A stretch of 64,000 bases of DNA, from assembly GCA_964057225.1 (NCBI GenBank), contig OZ059894.1, forward strand, positions 21,762,001-21,826,000, written 5' to 3'. The notes under the pieces were generated by a model. The model saw only the letters and a program-made list of their open reading frames with translations. It was not told the DNA's origin and did not search any database. Made by a program: the position numbers and the translations under genes. The DNA is from Auanema rhodensis. Taxonomy: Eukaryota; Animalia; Nematoda. How positions within the stretch are numbered: the stretch's first letter is position 1; every line of letters starts with the position of its first letter. Of this stretch, positions 56,301 through 64,000 are shown piece by piece.

Positions 56301-59300
56301 CAATGTAGTATAGTGCATTCGATGCGGATTTTTAAGCTGCGTCGATCTGTGTTATCAAATTTGCGCTAGCTTAAAAATGCAACGAGATATCAACTGATAT
56401 AAGTTCACACTTATATTCTCGATTTTCACCCTGAAGAATTAATTTTTTCGTTGAATAACATTGTCCATCGTCTTTGCCTTAAAAACAGGAATCTAAAAAC
56501 ATCTACTTTTTGCTAAATTATTTTGAAATTTTTCGAAAAAATTTTTGTCAAAATGTTTTTGGAAGCAATGTTGAGTGTACATGGAAACTCAACATACACT
56601 AATGCATCATTTTTCAAACGAACATAACTAATTTTTTTATCAAGCGTTTCTCAATGTAGTATAGTGCATTCGATGCGGATTTTTAAGCTGCGTCGATCTG
56701 TGTTATCAAATTTGCGCTAGCTTAAAAATGCAACGAGATATCAACTGATATAAGTTCACACTTATATTCTCGATTTTCACCCTGAAGAATTAATTTTTTC
56801 GTTGAATAACATTGTCCATCGTCTTTGCCTTAAAAACAGGAATCTAAAAACATCTACTTTTTGCTAAATTATTTTGAAATTTTTCGAAAAAATTTTTGTC
56901 AAAATGTTTTTGGAAGCAATGTTGAGTGTACATGGAAACTCAACATACACTAATGCATCATTTTTCAAACGATCATAACTAATTTTTGTATCAAACGTTT
57001 CTCAATGTAGTATAGTGCATTCGATGCGGATTTTTAAGCTGCGTCGATCTGTGTTATCAGATTTGCGCTAGCTTAAAAATGCAACGAGATATCAACTGAT
57101 ATAAGTTCACACTTATATTCTCGATTTTCACCCTGAAGAATTAATTTTTTCGTTGAATAACATTGTCCATCGTCTTTGCCTTAAAAACAGGAATCTAAAA
57201 ACATCTACTTTTTGCTAAATTATTTTGAAATTTTTCGAAAAAATTTTTGTCAAAATGTTTTTGGAAGCAATGTTGAGTGTACATGGAAACTCAACATACA
57301 CTAATGCATCATTTTTCAAACGATCATAACTAATTTTTGTATCAAACGTTTCTCAATGTAGTATAGTGCATTCGATGCGGATTTTTAAGCTGCGTCGATC
57401 TGTGTTATCAGATTTGCGCTAGCTTAAAAATGCACCGAGATATCAACTGATATAAGTTCACACTTATATCCTCGATTTTCACCCTGAAGAATTAATTTTT
57501 TCGTTGAATAACATTGTCCATCGTCTTTGCCTTGAAAAAAGGAATCTAAAAACATCTACTTTTTGCTGAATTATTTTGAAATTTTTCGAAAAAATTTTTG
57601 TCAAAATGTTTTTGGAAGCAATGTTGAGTGTACATGGAAACTCAACATACACTAATGCATCATTTTTCAAACGATCATAACTAATTTTTGTATTAAGCGT
57701 TTCTCAATGTAGTATAGTGCATTCGATGCGGATTTTTAAGCTGCGTCGATCTGTGTTATCAGATTTGCGCTAGCTTAAAAATGCACCGAGATATCAACTG
57801 ATATAAGTTCACACTTATATCCTCGATTTTCACCCTGAAGAATTAATTTTTTCGTTGAATAACATTGTCCATCGTCTTTGCCTTGGAAAAAGGAATCTAA
57901 AAACATCTACTTTTTGCTGAATTATTCTGAAATTTTTCGAAAAAATCTTTGTCAAAATGTTTTTGGAAGCAATGTTGAGTGTACATGGAAACTCAACATA
58001 CACTAATGCATCATTTTTCAAACGATCATAACTAATTTTTGTATTAAGCGTTTCTCAATGTAGTATAAGGCATTCGATGCGGATTTTTAAGCTGCGTCGA
58101 TCTGTGTTATCAGATTTGCGCTAGCTTAAAAATGCACCGAGATATCAACTGATATAAGTTTACACTTATATCCTCGATTTTCACCCTGAAGAATTAATTT
58201 TTTCGTTGAATAACATTGTCCATCGTCTTTGCCTTAAAAAAAGGAATCTAAAAACATCTACTTTTTGCTAAATTATTTTGAAATTTTTCGAAAAAAGTTT
58301 TGTCAAAATGTTTTTGGAAGCAATGTTGAGTGTACATGGAAACTCAACATACACTAATGCATCATTTTTCAAACGATCATAACTAATTTTTGTATTAAGC
58401 GTTTCTCAATGTAGTATAAGGCATTCGATGCGGATTTTTAAGCTGCGTCGATCTGTGTTATCAGATTTGCGCTAGCTTAAAAATGCACCGAGATATCAAC
58501 TGATATAAGTTCACACTTATATCCTCGATTTTCACCCTGAAGAATTAATTTTTTCGTTGAATAACATTGTCCATCGTCTTTGCCTTAAAAAAAGGAATCT
58601 AAAAACATCTACTTTTTGCTAAATTATTTTGAAATTTTTCGAAAAAATTTTTGTCAAAATGTTTTTGGAAGCAATGTTGAGTGTACATGGAAACTCAACA
58701 TACACTAATGCATCATTTTTCAAACGATCATAACTAATTTTTGTATCAAGCGTTTCTTGATGTAGTATAGTGCATTCGATGCGGATTTTTAAGCTGCGTC
58801 GATCTGTGTTATCAGATTTGCGCTAGCTTAAAAATGCACCGAGATATCAACTGATATAAGTTCACACTTATATCCTCGATTTTCACCCTGAAGAATTAAT
58901 TTTTTCGTTGAATAACATTGTCTATCGTCTTTGCCTTGAAAAATGGAATCTAAAAACATCTACTTTTTGCTAAATTATTTTGAAATTTTTCGAAAAAATT
59001 TTTGTCAAAATGTTTTTGGAAGCAATGTTGAGTGTACATGGAAACTCAACATACACTAATGCATCATTTTTCAAACGATCATAACTAATTTTTGTATCAA
59101 GCGTTTCTTGATGTAGTATAGTGCATTCGATGCGGATTTTTAAGCTGCGTCGATCTGTGTTATCAGATTTGCGCTAGCTTAAAAATGCACCGAGATATCA
59201 ACTGATATAAGTTCACACTTATATCCTCGATTTTCACCCTGAAGAATTAATTTTTTCGTTGAATAACATTGTCTATCGTCTTTGCCTTGAAAAATGGAAT

Positions 59301-62199
59301 CTAAAAACATCTACTTTTTGCTAAATTATTTTGAAATTTTTCGAAAAAATTTTTGTCAAAATGTTTTTGGAAGCAATGTTGAGTGTACATGGAAACTCAA
59401 CATACACTAATGCATCATTTTTCAAACGATCATAACTAATTTTTGTATCAAGCGTTTCTTGATGTAGTATAGTGCATTCGATGCGGATTTTTATGCTGCG
59501 TCGATCTGTGTTATCAAATTTGCGCTAGCTTAAAAATGCACCGAGATATCAACTGATATAAGTTCACACTTATATCCTCGATTTTCACCCTGAAGAATTA
59601 ATTTTTTCGTTGAATAACATTGTCCATCGTCTTTGCCTTAAAAACAGGAATCTAAAAACATCTACTTTTTGCTAAATTATTTTGAAATTTTTCAAAAAAA
59701 TTTTAGTCAAAATGTTTTTGGAAGCAATGTTGAGTGTACATGGAATTTCAATATACACTAATGCATCATTTTTCAAACGATCATAACTAATTTTTGTATT
59801 GAGCGTTTCTCAATGTAGTATAGTGCATTCGATGCGGATTTTTAAGCTGCGTCGATCTGTGTTATCAGATTTGCGCTAGCTTAAAAATGCACCGAGATAT
59901 CAACTGATATAAGTTTACACTTATATCCTCGATTTTCACCCTGAAGAATTAATTTTTTCGTTGAATAACATTGTCCATCGTCTTTGCCTTAAAAAAAGGA
60001 ATCTAAAAACATCTACTTTTTGCTAAATTATTTTGAAATTTTTCGAAAAAATTTTTGTCAAAATGTTTTTGGAAGCAATGTTGAGTGTACATGGAAACTC
60101 AACATACACTAATGCATCATTTTTCAAACGATCATAACTAATTTTTGTATTAAGCGTTTCTCAATGTAGTATAAGGCATTCGATGCGGATTTTTAAGCTG
60201 CGTCGATCTGTGTTATCAGATTTGCGCTAGCTTAAAAATGCACCGAGATATCAACTGATATAAGTTCACACTTATATCCTCGATTTTCACCCTGAAGAAT
60301 TAATTTTTTCGTTGAATAACATTGTCCATCGTCTTTGCCTTAAAAAAAGGAATCTAAAAACATCTACTTTTTGCTAAATTATTTTGAAATTTTTCGAAAA
60401 AATTTTTGTCAAAATGTTTTTGGAAGCAATGTTGAGTGTACATGGAAACTCAACATACACTAATGCATCATTTTTCAAACGATCATAACTAATTTTTGTA
60501 TCAAGCGTTTCTTGATGTAGTATAGTGCATTCGATGCGGATTTTTAAGCTGCGTCGATCTGTGTTATCAGATTTGCGCTAGCTTAAAAATGCACCGAGAT
60601 ATCAACTGATATAAGTTCACACTTATATCCTCGATTTTCACCCTGAAGAATTAATTTTTTCGTTGAATAACATTGTCTATCGTCTTTGCCTTGAAAAATG
60701 GAATCTAAAAACATCTACTTTTTGCTAAATTATTTTGAAATTTTTCGAAAAAATTTTTGTCAAAATGTTTTTGGAAGCAATGTTGAGTGTACATGGAAAC
60801 TCAACATACACTAATGCATCATTTTTCAAACGATCATAACTAATTTTTGTATCAAGCGTTTCTTGATGTAGTATAGTGCATTCGATGCGGATTTTTAAGC
60901 TGCGTCGATCTGTGTTATCAGATTTGCGCTAGCTTAAAAATGCACCGAGATATCAACTGATATAAGTTCACACTTATATCCTCGATTTTCACCCTGAAGA
61001 ATTAATTTTTTCGTTGAATAACATTGTCCATCGTCTTTGCCTTAAAAAAAGGAATCTAAAAACATCTACTTTTTGCTAAATTATTTTGAAATTTTTCGAA
61101 AAAAGTTTTGTCAAAATGTTTTTGGAAGCAATGTTGAGTGTACATGGAAACTCAACATACACTAATGCATCATTTTTCAAACGAACATAACTAATTTTTT
61201 TATCAAGCGTTTCTCAATGTAGTATAGTGCATTCGATGCGGATTTTTAAGCTGCGTCGATCTGTGTTATCAAATTTGCGCTAGCTTAAAAATGCACCGAG
61301 ATATCAACTGATATAAGTTCACACTTATATCCTCGATTTTCACCCTGAAGAATTAATTTTTTCGTTGAATAACATTGTCCATCGTCTTTGCCTTAAAAAC
61401 AGGAATCTAAAAACATCTACTTTTTGCTAAATTATTTTGAAATTTTTCAAAAAAATTTTAGTCAAAATGTTTTTGGAAGCAATGTTGAGTGTACATGGAA
61501 TTTCAATATACACTAATGCATCATTTTTCAAACGATCATAACTAATTTTTGTATCAAACGTTTCTCAATGTAGTATAGTGCATTCGATGCGGATTTTTAA
61601 GCTGCGTCGATCTGTGTTATCAGATTTGCGCTAGCTTAAAAATGCACCGAGATATCAACTGATATAAGTTCACACTTATATCCTCGATTTTCACCCTGAA
61701 GAATTAATTTTTTCGTTGAATAACATTGTCCATCGTCTTTGCCTTGGAAAAAGAAATCTAAAAACATCTACTTTTTGCTAAATTATTTTGAAATTTTTCG
61801 AAAAAATTTTTGTCAAAATGTTTTTGGAAGCAATGTTGAGTGTACATGGAAACTCAACATACACTAATGCATCATTTTTCAAACGATCATAACTAATTTT
61901 TGTATTAAGCGTTTCTCAATGTAGTATAGTGCATTCGATGCGGATTTTTAAGCTGCGTCGATCTGTGTTATCAGATTTGCGCTAGCTTAAAAATGCACCG
62001 AGATATCAACTGATATAAGTTCACACTTATATCCTCGATTTTCACCCTGAAGAATTAATTTTTTCGTTGAATAACATTGTCCATCGTCTTTGCCTTAAAA
62101 AAAGGAATCTAAAAACATCTACTTTTTGCTAAATTATTTTGAAATTTTTCGAAAAAATTTTTGTCAAAATGTTTTTGGAAGCAATGTTGAGTGTACATG

Positions 62200-63600
62200 G
62201 AAACTCAACATACACTAATGCATCATTTTTCAAACGATCATAACGAATTTGTGTATTAAGCGTCTCTCAATGTAGTATAGTGCATTCGATGCGGATTTTT
62301 AAGCTGCGTCGATCTGTGTTATCAGATTTGCGCTAGCTTAAAAATGCACCGAGATATCAACTGATATAAGTTTACACTTATATCCTCGATTTTCACCCTG
62401 AAGAATTAATTTTTTCGTTGAATAACATTGTCCATCGTCTTTGCCTTGAAAAAAGAAATCTAAAAACATCTACTTTTTGCTAAATTATTTTGAAATTTTT
62501 CGAAAAAATTTTTGTCAAAATGTTTTTGGAAGCAATGTTGAGTGTACATGGAAACTCAACATACACTAATGCATCATTTTTCAAACGATCATAACTAATT
62601 TTTGTATTAAGCGTTTCTCAATGTAGTATAGTGCATTCGATGCGGATTTTTAAGCTGCGTCGATCTGTGTTATCAGATTTGCGCTAGCTTAAAAATGCAC
62701 CGAGATATCAACTGATATAAGTTTACACTTATATCCTCGATTTTCACCCTGAAGAATTAAATTTTTCGTTGAATAACATTGTCCATCGTCTTTGCCTTGA
62801 AAAAAGAAATCTAAAAACATCTACTTTTTGCTAAATTATTTTGAAATTTTTCGAAAAAATTTTTGTCAAAATGTTTTTGGAAGCAATGTTGAGTGTACAT
62901 GGAAACTCAACATACACTAATGCATCATTTTTCAAACGATCATAACGAATTTGTGTATTAAGCGTCTCTCAATGTAGTATAGTGCATTCGATGCGGATTT
63001 TTAAGCTGCGTCGATCTGTGTTATCAGATTTGCGCTAGCTTAAAAATGCACCGAGATATCAACTGATATAAGTTTACACTTATATCCTCGATTTTCACCC
63101 TGAAGAATTAATTTTTTCGTTGAATAACATTGTCCATCGTCTTTGCCTTGAAAAAAGAAATCTAAAAACATCTACTTTTTGCTAAATTATTTTGAAATTT
63201 TTCGAAAAAATTTTTGTCAAAATGTTTTTGGAAGCAATGTTGAGTGTACATGGAAACTCAACATACACTAATGCATCATTTTTCAAACGATCATAACTAA
63301 TTTTTGTATTAAGCGTTTCTCAATGTAGTATAGTGCATTCGATGCGGATTTTTAAGCTGCGTCGATCTGTGTTATCAGATTTGCGCTAGCTTAAAAATGC
63401 ACCGAGATATCAACTGATATAAGTTTACACTTATATCCTCGATTTTCACCCTGAAGAATTAAATTTTTCGTTGAATAACATTGTCCATCGTCTTTGCCTT
63501 GAAAAAAGAAATCTAAAAACATCTACTTTTTGCTAAATTATTTTGAAATTTTTCGAAAAAATTTTTGTCAAAATGTTTTTGGAAGCAATGTTGAGTGTAC
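62200..63600 (-). repeat. Dimer (702-bp) tandem duplication
   Basis: TAACGAATTTGTGTATTAAGCGTCTCTC at ~62241/~62943 and ATTAAATTTTTCG at ~62756/~63458. Confidence 0.8.
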
Positions 63601-64000
63601 ATGGAAACTCAACATACACTAATGCATCATTTTTCAAACGATCATAACTAATTTTTGTATTAAGCGTTTCTCAATGTAGTATAGTGCATTCGATGCGGAT
63701 TTTTAAGCTGCGTCGATCTGTGTTATCAGATTTGCGCTAGCTTAAAAATGCACCGAGATATCAACTGATATAAGTTCACACTTATATCCTCGATTTTCAC
63801 CCTGAAGAATTAATTTTTTCGTTGAATAACATTGTCCATCGTCTTTGCCTTAAAAAAAGGAATCTAAAAACATCTACTTTTTGCTAAATTATTTTGAAAT
63901 TTTTCGAAAAAATTTTTGTCAAAATGTTTTTGGAAGCAATGTTGAGTGTACATGGAAACTCAACATACACTAATGCATCATTTTTCAAACGATCATAACT

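Larger units (their letters stand above)
31302..64000 (-). repeat. Same 351-bp satellite in reverse-complement orientation, about 93 copies (continues beyond the right edge)
   Basis: The sequence is the reverse complement of the left-arm monomer (e.g. GCACCGAGATATCAACTGATATAAGTTC), and the same 63-aa pseudo-ORFs appear on the - strand. Phase shifts of -12, -27, -1 and -1 bp are explained by visible deletions. Confidence 0.99.

Noticed and set aside
151-58021. Repeated 63-, 65- and 79-aa ORFs (MKNDALVYVEF..., MFLDS..., MKFFEK...)
   Set aside because: They are by-products of the repeat. The 63-aa frames start at TTG and are open only where a TAG stop has mutated (mostly to CAG); most monomers carry the stop. 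I recognise no domain, and composition simply reflects A/T tracts.
1-64000. CRISPR array or other repeat-spacer system
   Set aside because: There are no unique spacers, the entire 351 bp is repeated, and no cas or other genes are present.
31302-64000. Fold-back chimeric read or assembly artefact as the cause of the inversion
   Set aside because: The arms have different variant sets and higher-order patterns instead of mirror identity. A misjoin of two separate arrays cannot be fully excluded without reads.

Overview
The whole 64-kb window is one eukaryote-type satellite DNA array: about 182 copies of a 351-bp, AT-rich monomer (about 31% GC by hand count of the first copy), with copies differing at only a handful of positions. 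I see no genes, RNA genes, transposons or CRISPR array; all listed ORFs are by-products of the repeat. The array switches orientation abruptly at 31302 (about 89 monomers on +, then about 93 on -), with no spacer and a 1-bp overlap, making the window a giant imperfect palindrome. The monomer is rich in dyad symmetries: a 51-nt hairpin at monomer positions 39-89, a 9-bp stem at 173-200 and a TTTTTCGAAAAA-centred dyad at about 214-248. The structural lesions I found map onto dyads: both sides of the inversion junction lie at hairpin apices, and the 27-bp and 12-bp deletions each remove a dyad centre. Diagnostic variants define a mosaic of short-lived higher-order repeats (periods of 1, 2, 4, 5, 7, 9, 10, 14/15 and 17 monomers) that differ between the two arms. 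A (peri)centromeric location in a weakly methylated invertebrate genome is plausible but is inference; I cannot name the species or satellite family.
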